The notes under the pieces were generated by a model. That model worked only from the letters and a program-made list of their open reading frames with translations, was not told the DNA's origin and made no database searches. The translations under genes were made by a program, and so were the position numbers. 64,000 nucleotides of DNA from an uncultured delta proteobacterium (GTDB lineage: Bacteria > Myxococcota > B64-G9), in assembly GCA_963754925.1 (NCBI GenBank), contig CAVWHX010000004.1:640001-704000 (forward strand). Reading direction: 5' to 3'. This document shows, piece after piece, positions 18,695 through 29,494 of this stretch; positions within the stretch are counted from its first letter, which is position 1, and every line of letters begins with the position of its first letter.

Positions 18695-19186
18695 ATGGCC
18701 AGCGAACAGGCCAGGAAACTGTATGACAAGTTATATCGTGAAGCCGAGGCGGCGGGTTACCATCTCTACTCGGATGTCGATTTCGTGCTCGATCTCATGG
18801 AGGGGCTGATTACCAATGAAAAACGGTACGGCTACTGGGCATGCCCGTGCCGGCTCGCGGATGGGGTGCGCGAAAAGGATTTGGACATCATCTGCCCGTG
18901 TGACTATCGCGACCCAGACCTGGCTGAATACGGCGCCTGTTTCTGCGCCTTGTACGTTTCGGATGATGTGCTTTCGGGCAAACAAAAACTCAAACCCGTA
19001 CCCGAGCGGCGAGGTCAACCAACAACGCTTGCCGAACAAACTGCCGGCGAGGGTAGTGCGGTAACCAAGAGTTCCCTGCCGGTGTGGCGCTGCAAAGTGT
19101 GCGGCTACTTGTGTGCGGTGCACAATCCACCCTTGAAGTGCCCGATTTGCAAAGCCGACCGGGATCGATTCGAACGTTTTATGTAG
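18695..19186 (+). CDS. Ferredoxin:thioredoxin reductase-like catalytic subunit fused to a rubredoxin-like domain
   Basis: YGYWACPCR, ICPCDY, GACFCALY, and C-terminal WRCKVCGY...CPIC. Confidence 0.88.
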   Translation: MASEQARKLYDKLYREAEAAGYHLYSDVDFVLDLMEGLITNEKRYGYWACPCRLADGVREKDLDIICPCDYRDPDLAEYGACFCALYVSDDVLSGKQKLKPVPERRGQPTTLAEQTAGEGSAVTKSSLPVWRCKVCGYLCAVHNPPLKCPICKADRDRFERFM

Positions 19187-19210
19187 GTAGCAACGATCAG
19201 GAGGTGTCTC

Positions 19211-19780
19211 ATGTCACAGAACGCGACTAAAAACCCAGTCATCGATCTTCTCCAAAAACGCATTGCCGGTCGGTCGATCACGAGCGAGCCGCTGCCAAGT
19301 TCCCTCGTCAACGACTTAATCGAGGCGGCCCGTATGACCCCATCCTGTTTCAACAACCAACCCTGGAGATTTCTTTTCCTGCAAAGTGAAGAAGCACGTA
19401 AAAAAGGTTATGAGGTACTCGGCTCCGGCAACAAGGTTTGGGCGGGAAAAGCGCCGCTTCTGGTTATCGGTTATACCCAACGCAGCAACGATTGCGTGAT
19501 CAACGACGGGCGCGCCTACCATCAATACGATCTGGGAATGTCGGTGATGAGCATGATATTAGCGGCGACATCCCACGGCTTGACCGCCCGCCCGATGGCC
19601 GGGTTTTCTCCGGCCAAAGCAAAGGAGCTTTTCGGGTTGGCTCCGGAAGATGAGCCTCTGGTGATGGTGGCAATCGGCCGTCCCTCCGATGACGAGAGCT
19701 TCTTGCCCGATCATTACAAAGGCCTCAACCAAAAACCCCGCGAACGTAAGAGCGCCACCGAGATCGTGAAGATTATGTAG
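19211..19780 (+). CDS. Nitroreductase family protein
   Basis: EAARMTPSCFNNQPWRF, YDLGMSV, PMAGF, PRERK. Confidence 0.9.
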   Translation: MSQNATKNPVIDLLQKRIAGRSITSEPLPSSLVNDLIEAARMTPSCFNNQPWRFLFLQSEEARKKGYEVLGSGNKVWAGKAPLLVIGYTQRSNDCVINDGRAYHQYDLGMSVMSMILAATSHGLTARPMAGFSPAKAKELFGLAPEDEPLVMVAIGRPSDDESFLPDHYKGLNQKPRERKSATEIVKIM

Positions 19781-19891
19781 GTTAACAAGAATGACATTTG
19801 AATACCTTAGGTAACCATGAGCGTTATATCTAAATTATTTTGTAGCAATGAATGATTGCATATAACTTCGACATAGTTGTAACATGTCCCC

Positions 19892-20611
19892 ATGGCTGCC
19901 CCTAAGGCACTCAGTCTCCATCTGCCGAACCGGCAGGATTTCTTAAAACTGCTGACGCGCACCAGCCCGCGCGGGGTGTTATTTGTAGAAACCACGCGCC
20001 GGACAGAGCTTGCCGAACAAATCGTTGTGCTGGTGGATTTCCCGACCGAGAGGCGTTCGTTTAGACTACGGGGCAAGATTATCTCTCGACGAAGCTGCTC
20101 CCTGCCGCCGGGTCTGGCGACCTTGCCTGCCGGGGTAGAGGTTGAACTGGGCACCGGCGAGGAACGCACGGTGCAGCTCATCATGGACCACGTCGCCGGC
20201 AAGTCGATTGCATTCATTGACCGTAAAAGCCGGCGTGTTATTTGCGAGATCGAGATCTCCTATCGCACCGACGAGGATTTCATCAACGAGTTTATCGAGG
20301 ACATTTCAGAAGGCGGAACCTTTATCCGCACCAACCGATTGTTGCCGGTCGGTTCGCCGGTTGAATGTAAGCTCAAGCCACCGGGATACTTGTTGGGCAT
20401 CAAACTGCGCTCTCGGGTAGCCTGGGTGAAAAGCACCGGGCGGCCGCACGGCATGGGATTACAATTTTCGTTCGAAAATGAGCGAAAACGCAATAAATTA
20501 AGACGGATAATCAATAAACTTTCGGTTGAGCAATCGCGCCAGCTGATTCAAAAAATCGACGAGAAGAAAAAAGTTAACTTTTTACCTGCCTTCCGCGGTA
20601 ATCGCCATTGA
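19892..20611 (+). CDS. Tandem PilZ-domain protein (myxobacterial TIGR02266-like)
   Basis: The second domain has RKSRR and EDISEGGTFIRT...VAWV...GMGLQF. The first domain is degenerate (GVLFVET, GVEVEL). Confidence 0.8.
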   Translation: MAAPKALSLHLPNRQDFLKLLTRTSPRGVLFVETTRRTELAEQIVVLVDFPTERRSFRLRGKIISRRSCSLPPGLATLPAGVEVELGTGEERTVQLIMDHVAGKSIAFIDRKSRRVICEIEISYRTDEDFINEFIEDISEGGTFIRTNRLLPVGSPVECKLKPPGYLLGIKLRSRVAWVKSTGRPHGMGLQFSFENERKRNKLRRIINKLSVEQSRQLIQKIDEKKKVNFLPAFRGNRH

Positions 20612-20673
20612 GCAAGAGGAGCATTCTTGACGTGGCGTCACCGGAAGGCCGGCAGCTGCCGGATTACAACGTG

Positions 20674-22260
20674 TCAACTCGAAAGTTCTGGATGATTTTT
20701 TAGGCTACGGATCTCCGATGCGGCTTCCCGGCACTGCGGATTGCATTCCAGCGCGCCTTCGAACTCCTTGAGCGCCTGTTCCAGATTGCCATTACGTTTG
20801 GAAATGTACCCGAGATAGAGCCGCGGCATATCGTAATGCGGGTTTAAGGCAACCGCTTCCAGCAAGGGTTTTCGTAAAATCTCCGGTACGGGTTGGTCGG
20901 GCGGGATTTCGCCGATTGCCTTGAAGAAGCCGGCACGGCCGAGTTGGAAGTGGTAGGATGGATCCACGTGATACAGCTGGATGGCCCGTTCAAACAATTG
21001 AATAGCCTCGTCATACTGTTGATTGGAAATGGCCCGCTGACCTTTCTGCGCCTCAATATCGGCCAAGATACGGTTTGAGACTGGCTCTGCACCGGCTTTT
21101 TTTTGTTCGGTAATCGTGGCGAGGTACAGCACGCGGCTATTTTCGTTGAGGAGCACCCGATACGCGAGATTGGCCCGATTGAGCAGCCGGTGGGCCATAT
21201 CGCGCTCCCGATCACTGTTATAGGCGTTGTTGATATCTTTAAGCTTATACGTCTGCACCAACCCGGCATAGGCAGCTTGTAGCTCACGGGTATCGAAGGC
21301 AGTGCCAACGTTCAGGAACGTGAAATGATCTTCGCTGGTTGCAGCGAGCGCTTTGGACGCCAAATTCATGTCTATCCTCATGGTGCGCCGCATGTCGCTG
21401 AAGCTGCCCGGCTCCGCGTCTTCGCCTTTCTCCACCGGTTGTCCATAGTCCGCGCTGGTTTGCTCCCCTGATGCTGTCGCAATCGGGACGGCAACTTGGA
21501 TGGGTATCTCGACGGTAGTCGGCTCTCGGGGAACAACCAGCAACTCTCGATCGGCGATAGCCGGGCGGGTAGCACCCGAAGCTTCAATCAGGTCGAGCGC
21601 ATGCAGGGCGTAGAGTCCCGCCAAGAGCACCTGGAGTTCTTTGTAACTGCTCATCAGCCGAGCCAGGGTCATTCCGGTGCCGATGCTGTTGAGGATCTTG
21701 GATTCCCCGCGGCCAATCGGTATGTCCCGATCGGCGGGCAGCTGATGGGCGAGAAACGTTGTTTCCTCATCAACCGGAAACTCGGAGAGCAACCGATCAA
21801 CCGAGTAGGCCGTGCGAATTCCAATAAAGATAATCTCGGATAGGTTCCGCCGCGACAGGTGGAGTTTCGCGGGGACTGGCTTGGACTCGATGAAATAATG
21901 GAAATCACGCATGCCAAAACAATTGATAAGCTTCTTGAAGGTCTGATACTCCAAGGCGGATACCACTTCTTCGGCATTGAGCGCTCCCATGGCGATAAGC
22001 ACAGCACCGGCCTGCCTCTTAGTCTGTACCATGTCGTCGAGCATTCGCTCATACTGTTCGCGCGTAATGCGTTTCTCATCGAGGAGTATCCGTCCGAGAG
22101 TTTCTTCCTGAAGGCGTGACTGCACGTGAACCGACCAGCCTTCGTGAAAGTACAAGACTCGCTCGACCGTGCCCTCCACTAAGGACATGGTCCCCGTGAA
22201 ATGCGACTTGGCGATGGCATTAAAAACATACGGAAGATACTTCTTCGTCCCTTCAGTCAT
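20674..22260 (-). CDS. DUF4388-like + DnaJ-like + TPR domain protein
   Basis: FTGTMSL...LYFHEG...ETLGRILL; DHFTFLNV...ANLAYRVLLNENSRVLY (J-like, no HPD); C-terminal TPRs. Confidence 0.65.
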   Translation of the reverse strand: MTEGTKKYLPYVFNAIAKSHFTGTMSLVEGTVERVLYFHEGWSVHVQSRLQEETLGRILLDEKRITREQYERMLDDMVQTKRQAGAVLIAMGALNAEEVVSALEYQTFKKLINCFGMRDFHYFIESKPVPAKLHLSRRNLSEIIFIGIRTAYSVDRLLSEFPVDEETTFLAHQLPADRDIPIGRGESKILNSIGTGMTLARLMSSYKELQVLLAGLYALHALDLIEASGATRPAIADRELLVVPREPTTVEIPIQVAVPIATASGEQTSADYGQPVEKGEDAEPGSFSDMRRTMRIDMNLASKALAATSEDHFTFLNVGTAFDTRELQAAYAGLVQTYKLKDINNAYNSDRERDMAHRLLNRANLAYRVLLNENSRVLYLATITEQKKAGAEPVSNRILADIEAQKGQRAISNQQYDEAIQLFERAIQLYHVDPSYHFQLGRAGFFKAIGEIPPDQPVPEILRKPLLEAVALNPHYDMPRLYLGYISKRNGNLEQALKEFEGALECNPQCREAASEIRSLKNHPELSS

Positions 22261-22467
22261 CGAGTTATCCTACAATCCTTTTCGTCGCTGCAGGCGAAAA
22301 AACCTAAAAGGCATGCAACTCCCCCTCAGGTGTTTTTCGAGAAGACGGTTTCATTGATATCATTAGCAGACCGGTTTGCACTTGACAAGAACTTGGCACG
22401 CGCTATATCGCTGCTTTGGTTTCTATGAGATAGATAGTTCGTTCCTAGTATTGCCATGAGAGGTGTT

Positions 22468-24630
22468 ATGTCCGATAATCCTCTGCGCCGCCTTATGAAC
22501 CCCTCCTCCATCGCCACGGTCGGGGCCGGCAATAATTATATGAAAATGGGCACCATGCATGCCTTGAGCATCATCAAGGATGGTTATAACGGAGCGATAT
22601 ACCCGGTACATCCGTATGAAAAAACAATCCTGGGGCTTAAAGCGTATCCCTCGGTGGATGCTCTTCCCGTTGCGCCGGACCTGGCGTTTTTAGTTGTTCC
22701 GTCCAACCAGGTACCACAACTCATCGAAGAATTCGGCAAAAAGGGAACGCGGACGGCAATTATCGTCAGCGCCGGTTTCGGCGAAATGGGCGAAGAAGGT
22801 CGCAGGGCACAAGAAATACTCAACGAACGGGCAAACAAATATGGAATTCGTTTTCTCGGCCCCAACTGCATAGGGATTATCAACAGCGAGCTATCATTAA
22901 ACACCACGGTCATGCCCTATACCAATGGCATAGGCTCGCTGGGATTCGCCTCCCAGAGCGGTACCTATGTGACCCAGACTATCCCCTACCTCGGGAAACG
23001 AGGGATACGTTTCAGTAAAGCCATTAGCGTGGGAAACAGCGCCAACATAACCATCACCGATGCCCTCGAATACCTTGGTGAGGACGAGCAAACCAAAGCC
23101 ATCTCCCTGTATATCGAGGGTCTGACAGACATTGCGCACTTCATCGAAGTGGCGCGGAAGATAACGCCCCATAAACCGGTGCTGGCCCAGTATGTGGGCG
23201 GTTCCGGGGCAGGCGCCCGGGCAAGTATGAGCCATACCGGTTCCCTCGCGGCAGCGGATCACTTGTACGACGGCCTGTTTCGTCAAGCCGGCATCATCCG
23301 GGTTCACTCAATCGAGAAACTTTTTTCGTGCGGCAGCATGCTGGCGCTCCAGCCTATGCTGAAAGGCAAACGGATCGGCGTTATCACCAATTCCGGCGGA
23401 CCGGGGACCGCCATCGCCAACGCCCTGGAAAAGGGAGGCCTCGAAGTGCCGGAGTTCTCGCAGGAGCTTCAAGAGAGCATACGGCCAATGCTCCCCCCAC
23501 ACGCACCGCGCAGGAATCCCGTCGACATGACCTTCAGCATGAACATCAAGGCCCTCACCAACAACATCCCGAAGCTGATGCTCAAAAGCGGTGAGGTTGA
23601 CGGCATCATCATACACGGCGCGATGATGACCGGCATGTTCAGGGCTAGCTACCCTCACTATAAAAGTTTACTGAATGATGAGCCGATGGAATCCATTCTG
23701 GCGACCATGGAAAAACAAACGCTGCCGGTTTCGGAATATGTTCCCGTTTACCAAAAACCGGTGGCGGTATCCAGTTTCTACGATCGTGACGACAATTATA
23801 CGGCAGCCTACGAGGATCAGGGCATACCGGTCTTTGACGCGCCGGAAAAAGCGGCCGATGCCATGGCAATCATGCTGCGCTATAAAGAGGTCCGGGATCG
23901 AAAACCATGGACGCCGGTGACGATTCCTGCACCCTCCGCTGAAGCCAAGCGAATCATTCATGATTGTCTGTCCCGCGGAGAATATAACCTTGACGAGCAT
24001 GGATCCAAGACCTTCCTGAAATTATACGGCGTTCCGGTTACCGAAGAAGTTATGGTCAATTCGGCAGATGAAGCGGCGGTAGCGGCAAATGCCCTAGGCT
24101 ATCCCCTCGTTCTGAAGGCCAGCGCCAGCACTATCTTACATAAAACCGGCAGGGGACTCGTTCACCTGAACCTGAAATCGAAAGACGAGGTGATCGAGGC
24201 GTATCGGAACATCCAACATGCCGCCGGACAAAAAGTACCGATGATACTATATCGCATGGTTCAGGGCCTGCGAGAGTTCGTCGCCGGCATCGTAGGCGCC
24301 AGTGGTTTCGCGCCTGCGGTAATGTTCGGTCTTGGAGGGATCTTCACCGAGGCGCTGGGAGACGCGGTGTTCAGGCCGGCGCCGCTCAGTGAGGACGACG
24401 CGGCAGAAATGATCCGCGACATACAATCACAAAAATTGCTGGGAGCATTCCGCGGTATGCCAGCAGTCGATATCGAATCGCTGTCGGGATTACTCCACCG
24501 GCTGAGCCTCATTCCGCTTATGCATCCGGAAGTCAGCGAAATAGATATCAATCCGATCATTGTCGATGGATCAAAACCGGTGGCGGTGGACGCCCTAGTG
24601 GTGTTTCACAACGAAAGAAAAGCACCATGA
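22468..24630 (+). CDS. ADP-forming acetate/acyl-CoA ligase (alpha-beta fusion)
   Basis: NPSSIATVGA, SAGFGE, LGPNCIG, SQSG, SHTGSLA, TNSGGPG, NPVD, HKT, MFGLGGIFTE, EIDINP. Confidence 0.92.
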   Translation: MSDNPLRRLMNPSSIATVGAGNNYMKMGTMHALSIIKDGYNGAIYPVHPYEKTILGLKAYPSVDALPVAPDLAFLVVPSNQVPQLIEEFGKKGTRTAIIVSAGFGEMGEEGRRAQEILNERANKYGIRFLGPNCIGIINSELSLNTTVMPYTNGIGSLGFASQSGTYVTQTIPYLGKRGIRFSKAISVGNSANITITDALEYLGEDEQTKAISLYIEGLTDIAHFIEVARKITPHKPVLAQYVGGSGAGARASMSHTGSLAAADHLYDGLFRQAGIIRVHSIEKLFSCGSMLALQPMLKGKRIGVITNSGGPGTAIANALEKGGLEVPEFSQELQESIRPMLPPHAPRRNPVDMTFSMNIKALTNNIPKLMLKSGEVDGIIIHGAMMTGMFRASYPHYKSLLNDEPMESILATMEKQTLPVSEYVPVYQKPVAVSSFYDRDDNYTAAYEDQGIPVFDAPEKAADAMAIMLRYKEVRDRKPWTPVTIPAPSAEAKRIIHDCLSRGEYNLDEHGSKTFLKLYGVPVTEEVMVNSADEAAVAANALGYPLVLKASASTILHKTGRGLVHLNLKSKDEVIEAYRNIQHAAGQKVPMILYRMVQGLREFVAGIVGASGFAPAVMFGLGGIFTEALGDAVFRPAPLSEDDAAEMIRDIQSQKLLGAFRGMPAVDIESLSGLLHRLSLIPLMHPEVSEIDINPIIVDGSKPVAVDALVVFHNERKAP

Positions 24631-24736
24631 CATCCGGGTGCAACTTCTATCCATCGTATTGGCATTGGAATAAATTCAGCTTCTGTATGGTTTAGAGCAT
24701 TACAAAAAAACCCTCTGCTCAACGAGAGGACGAACC

Positions 24737-25444
24737 ATGATCGAGGTAGTCAATGTCGTCAAGCGCTACCACCAATTGGTGGCAGTTTCTGACATCAGCT
24801 TTACAGTTGAAAAAGGCGAAGTGCTCGGATTCCTGGGGCCGAACGGCGCTGGTAAAAGCACCACGATGCGCATGTTAACCGGTTTCATCCCGGCTACGTC
24901 TGGCAAGGTGATGGTTGCGGGTTTTGATGTGTTCGAGCAACCGCTCGAGGTCAAACGTCGGGTCGGCTATCTACCGGAGGTGCCGCCGCTTTACGAGGAC
25001 TTGGATGCGGTGAATTACCTCTTCTTTGTCGGGCGGCTGAAAGGTCTGACCGGCAAAAAACTTCGGCAGGAAGTCGATCGGGTGATCGAGACCTGTGGCG
25101 TCACGGAAGTCCGCACCCGGCGCATCGGAAACCTCTCCAAAGGGTTTCGTCAGCGCATCGGGCTGGCTCAGGCGCTCCTCAACGATCCCGATGTGCTCAT
25201 TCTGGACGAACCCACTATCGGTTTGGACCCAAACCAGATCGTCGAAATTCGGTCGTTGATCAAGCGCCTGAGCCAGAATCACACGGTCATTCTCTCAACC
25301 CACATTCTACCGGAGGTGGTGCAGATCTGTAAGCGTGTGGTGATTATCCATCGGGGCCGAATCGTGGCCAATGACGCTCTCGATAAGCTAACGTCCGAGC
25401 AAAAATCGCTCGAGCAGACCTTCCACGAATTGACCCAACTGTAG
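24737..25444 (+). CDS. ABC transporter ATP-binding protein (GldA-like)
   Basis: GPNGAGKST, LSKGFRQR, ILDEPTIGLDP, STH. Confidence 0.93.
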   Translation: MIEVVNVVKRYHQLVAVSDISFTVEKGEVLGFLGPNGAGKSTTMRMLTGFIPATSGKVMVAGFDVFEQPLEVKRRVGYLPEVPPLYEDLDAVNYLFFVGRLKGLTGKKLRQEVDRVIETCGVTEVRTRRIGNLSKGFRQRIGLAQALLNDPDVLILDEPTIGLDPNQIVEIRSLIKRLSQNHTVILSTHILPEVVQICKRVVIIHRGRIVANDALDKLTSEQKSLEQTFHELTQL

Positions 25445-25454
25445 GAGGCGCCGG

Positions 25455-26234
25455 ATGCGAAATATCATTGCTATCCTCCGCAAGGAAGTCCGGGTAAGCT
25501 TCACGACGCCGATTGCCTACGTGGCGTACACCGTTTTTACCATTATCACCAGTTTCTTCTTCCTCAGGCTCCTGAGCGATTTCCAGCAGCGCATTCAGCT
25601 GTATTCGCAGTACAATCCGCAGATGCTGCAATACCTGAACTTCACCGATCAGGGCATACGGCCGTTGTTTTACAACGTCGCGGTAATCTTGATTTTTGTG
25701 GTGCCCTTTTTGACCATGCGCCTCATCGCCGAGGAGCGCCGCACCAAGACCATCGAACTGCTCATGACCAACCCGGTGACGCCCTTTCAGATCTCGTTGG
25801 GCAAATACTTGGGCGCGTTGACGCTGCTTGTGCCCATGCTGGCCATCATACTGCTCTACCCCGCATTGGTGTCCGCGTACGCCGAAGTCGGTTCGGTAGC
25901 CTGGGGCACGGTGTTTACGGGTCTTTTGGGTCTCTTCCTGCTCGGAGCGGCTTTTGTTGCGGTTGGTCTCTTCATCTCATCCTTGACGTCGTCTCAGGTG
26001 GTGGCGGCAGCCATTACTTTTTGCGCGCTCCTGATGCTGTGGGTGATTGGCTGGGCAGGCTCAGACAATCCCGGGGCAACCCGCGAGGTTTTGCTCTCAC
26101 TCAGCGCCATCGAGCACATTCGTGGATTCTCCGACGGGGTGATCGATCTCAAGGATGTCGTCTACTATATTTCCCTCGCAGGCCTGGGATTTTTCTTGTC
26201 CCAACGGGCTCTCGAAACCCAGCGCTGGCGTTAG
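25455..26234 (+). CDS. ABC-2 type permease (GldF-like)
   Basis: FTTPIAYV, PFLTMRLIAEERRTKTIELLMTNPV, GVIDLKDVVYY. Confidence 0.88.
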   Translation: MRNIIAILRKEVRVSFTTPIAYVAYTVFTIITSFFFLRLLSDFQQRIQLYSQYNPQMLQYLNFTDQGIRPLFYNVAVILIFVVPFLTMRLIAEERRTKTIELLMTNPVTPFQISLGKYLGALTLLVPMLAIILLYPALVSAYAEVGSVAWGTVFTGLLGLFLLGAAFVAVGLFISSLTSSQVVAAAITFCALLMLWVIGWAGSDNPGATREVLLSLSAIEHIRGFSDGVIDLKDVVYYISLAGLGFFLSQRALETQRWR

Positions 26235-26247
26235 CGGAGGTGCGTTC

Positions 26248-27881
26248 ATGAGTAAGTTTGGAAGAATAATCGGCATCCTCGGCATCGTTTCGCTGCTCTC
26301 GGTGCCGCTGACATTGTTTCTCTGGGATTGGGAATTCACCTGGCTGGCGGCAACCAAGCTGTTATTTGGCGTTTTCGCGGTTATCTTTTGGCTGTTTTCT
26401 AATGCTCCCAGTCTCCGCGCGATGTTCCAGGGCCGCGCGACCTTCTACATGGCCTTCACTATCTTGTTTGTCGTCCTCGGTCTCGGCACCGCCGTTATCG
26501 CCAACTACATTTTCTATAAGTACCCTATGCGCTTCGACCTCACCAGGGAGAAGATTCACTCGCTTTCCGAACAATCAACGCGGCTGCTCGCCAAGCTCGA
26601 CGGGAAGGTTGAGGTTGTCGCTCTGTACAACGCAAAAGAGCCCCTGTACGAGATAGTGCATCAGTACCTCGAGCGGTACCGCTATGCGAGCAACCGCTTC
26701 AGCTATGAGTTTGTTGATCCGGTGGTCAGGCCGGATCTGGTGGAAAAGTACGGCATTCAAACGGGCGGACCCCGCCTGATCCTCACCTTAACGAACTCAT
26801 CCGATTCGGTAAAAGAGGAACGGGTCACGCTAGACGACGAGCGTAACCCGGAAGAAGCTATCACGACCGCCTTACTTAAACTCACCTCGACCGATACGAA
26901 GCCGAAAATTTGTTTCTCGACCGGACACGGCGAAAAGACTCTCAAGCCTGCGAACCCTGACAGCACACAACCCGACCGCGTAAGTGAGGATCAACTTAAC
27001 TCGTTGAGTCTGTTTGCGAAGGATCTGGCTATCGAGGGTTATCAAACAGACACCTTTTTGCTGCCCGAGAAAAAGGAAATACCGGCTGACTGCGGGATAG
27101 TGGTCTTGGCCGGGCCGCGCGCTAACCTCATCCCCGATGAGATTACCGCGCTCAAGAAGTACCTCGATGCCAACGGCAACCTCCTCATCTTTGTTGGAGC
27201 CCAAGATACCAACTCCCTCTCGCCGCTGTTGAAAGGGTACGGTGTCGACGTCGGCAACAACACCGTGGTCTCCCCCGAGCGGCGCTCCCCGTTGGAGGTG
27301 GTAACCAATCCAGCGCTGTATCCGAAAAACCACCCAATATTTTCACGCCTCCCCGAAGGCTATTCGGCTATCTTTCCCATGGCTCGGTCGGTGCGAACCG
27401 CGAATCCCCCGGCGAACCTGGAAGTCACGTCACTCGCATCGAGCAGCAAATATGCCTGGGCTGAAGTTGATAGCCTCACGGGAGCTTCGAAGGTAACCTA
27501 TGATGAGGGCAAAGACCTTCCGGGCCCGGTTTCAATGGCCGTTGCGGTGGTCCGCAAAGGCACTTCAAACGCTTCCGTCGATACCGCTACGACAGAAACT
27601 GCCAAAACGATGCGCTTGGTGGTTTTTCGGATCGTGCGCACCTGGCGGTCGATGCCTATTACCTGGTATATCAGTTCAACCGCAATCTCGTTATGAATAC
27701 CATAGCCTGGTTTGCCAACGAGGGCGCCGGCATCACCATCAGGCCAAATTTCAGGGCAGCAACCTTGTTGAGACTCAATGAATCTCAGATGAAATTTGTG
27801 ACCTTTTTTTCCATCGACATTCTGCCGCTCTTGATTCTAGCCTTTGGTATCGCCATCTGGCAGTCACGAAGGTGGTCGTAA
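26248..27881 (+). CDS. GldG-like ABC auxiliary component (apparent frameshift near 27628)
   Basis: RFDLTREKIHSLSEQS, FVDPVVRP, FSTGHGEK, GPVSMAVAV; then NRNLVMNTIAW...LPLLILAFGIAIWQSRR in another frame. Confidence 0.82.
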
Positions 27882-29363
27882 TGACCTATCGCTCGTGGAC
27901 ATTGCTGAAAGCTGCGATTGGGCTGGTCGGGCTAACCAGCCTCGCCTTGTTTGCATTTTTCGGCGTGTATCGCGCCAAGCAATCCGAGGAGCGTGAAGAC
28001 AAATTACGCAAACAAGTATTTCAATTCGATCAGAAAAAGGTCGTTCGCATGATCGTGAGACAGGGCGCAACCCGCGTGGTGGCCGAGCGCTTGGCCGGCG
28101 AAAGCCAGGGATTAACCGCCTGGCGACTTACTGAACCGATTCAAACCGAGGGCGATACTATTTCGCTCAACGCTCTCCTCGGCACCCTCGATCGCCTCGA
28201 ATCGATTCAAACCATTGGCGGCCAGGATGGCCTTGAGAGAAAACGTTACGGCCTCGACCAGCCGCAAGGCGCGCTGCAGATAGATCTCCAGGATGGCACC
28301 AACCTGGGCCTGGTGGTGGGGAAACGCAGCAGCTATACCCATGATTTGTACGTCCAGAAAGAGGGTAGCGATGAGATACTCGTGGTAGCCGGCAGCGAGG
28401 AGACTGCCTTGTTGAAAAAACCCTTTGACCTCCGTCGCAAAGAGCTTATGAACTTTGATACCACGCAGGTGCGCTCGTTTACCCTGGCTCGGGAAACGGG
28501 AACGGTCGAGGTCGAGAAAACCAGCGACCAGTGGCGTTTGGTCAAACCGGTAGCCGACCGAGCCGACGCAAGCGAGGTTCTGCGGTTGCTTGACACTGCC
28601 CGCACCCTGCGCGCGACTGAGTTTTTCGACACGATCCACGAGGGTGAAAAAGCCTACGGCCTGGATCCACCAGCGCTCACTCTGGAAGTGGCTCTCGATT
28701 CAAAACAGACTCACCAGGTGCTCGTCCTGGGCAAAGGCACGCTTGAAAACAACAAAACCAAGTTCTACGCACGGAGCCGCGTACCCGGTTCTTCTCTGGC
28801 CGAGATCCCTGAGTACCAGGCCAAGAATCTGCAGAAGACCGCGTTTGATCTTCAGGATCGCATGCTGCTGCGCTTCGAACCAGATGCCGTATACCAGATC
28901 AAGCTGGCATCGGATGCCGAGCTTCTGGTGCTCGAGAAAAAGGTCGGGGAGGAAACCCAACGAACGCGGCGAGCCACCGACCAAAGAAGAGCGCTGGTCA
29001 TTGATCTCTCCTAAAACTGGCCCAGCCAAGAAATCCGCAGTAAGCGAACTACTGTTAAAGCTCTCTCAGCTCAAGGCCGATCAGTTCGCCGCCGATCGCA
29101 GTACGGCTGACCTGTCCCGCTTTGGCTTGCATCGGCCAAAGCTGACCGTCACCCTGCTCGGCAAGGAAGGGCAAGAACTGGGGAGCCTGAGCATCGGCGC
29201 GGCCGCCGAGCGACCGGCGGGGAATACCTTCGCGATCGGCACCAATCGACCCGCCATCTGCCAAGTAGAAACAAAACAGCTTGATCCGATTCGCATTGGC
29301 GTCAAGGAGTTAGAGGAGGGTTCGACTCCAGCACCACCCAACGATTCAAAACCAGCACCGTGA
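27881..29363 (+). CDS. DUF4340 domain protein (apparent frameshift near 28955)
   Basis: N-terminal TM and three repeats of W-x-L-x2-P...(Y/F)GL-x2-P; DLRRKELM; the third repeat continues in the 28590..29363 frame. Confidence 0.8.
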
Positions 29364-29399
29364 TTTGAGTTGATCACACACCATTCTTGTGCTTGTATC

Positions 29400-29444
29400 G
29401 ACAAGAGACTGTTACGAGCGAAGCGAGTTACAGTCTCTTGTCCC
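29400..29444. repeat. Palindromic repeat family, cleanest single unit
   Basis: Perfect 13-bp stem GACAAGAGACTGT/ACAGTCTCTTGTC around TACGAGCGAAGCGAGTT. Confidence 0.8.
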
Positions 29445-29494
29445 TTAAAGGAATGCCGCTTTAGTTTATCGCCGTGGGGCGGAGGCAATGCGCA

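Noticed and set aside
22392..22412. Sigma54 promoter (TTGGCACG) upstream of the acyl-CoA ligase
   Set aside because: The -12 TTGC element is missing at the required spacing (TGGCACG-CGCT-ATAT).
24737..29363. Gld-like ABC system as evidence of Bacteroidetes-type gliding
   Set aside because: GldA/F/G-like plus DUF4340 operons are widespread in non-gliding bacteria, and no T9SS genes are in the window.
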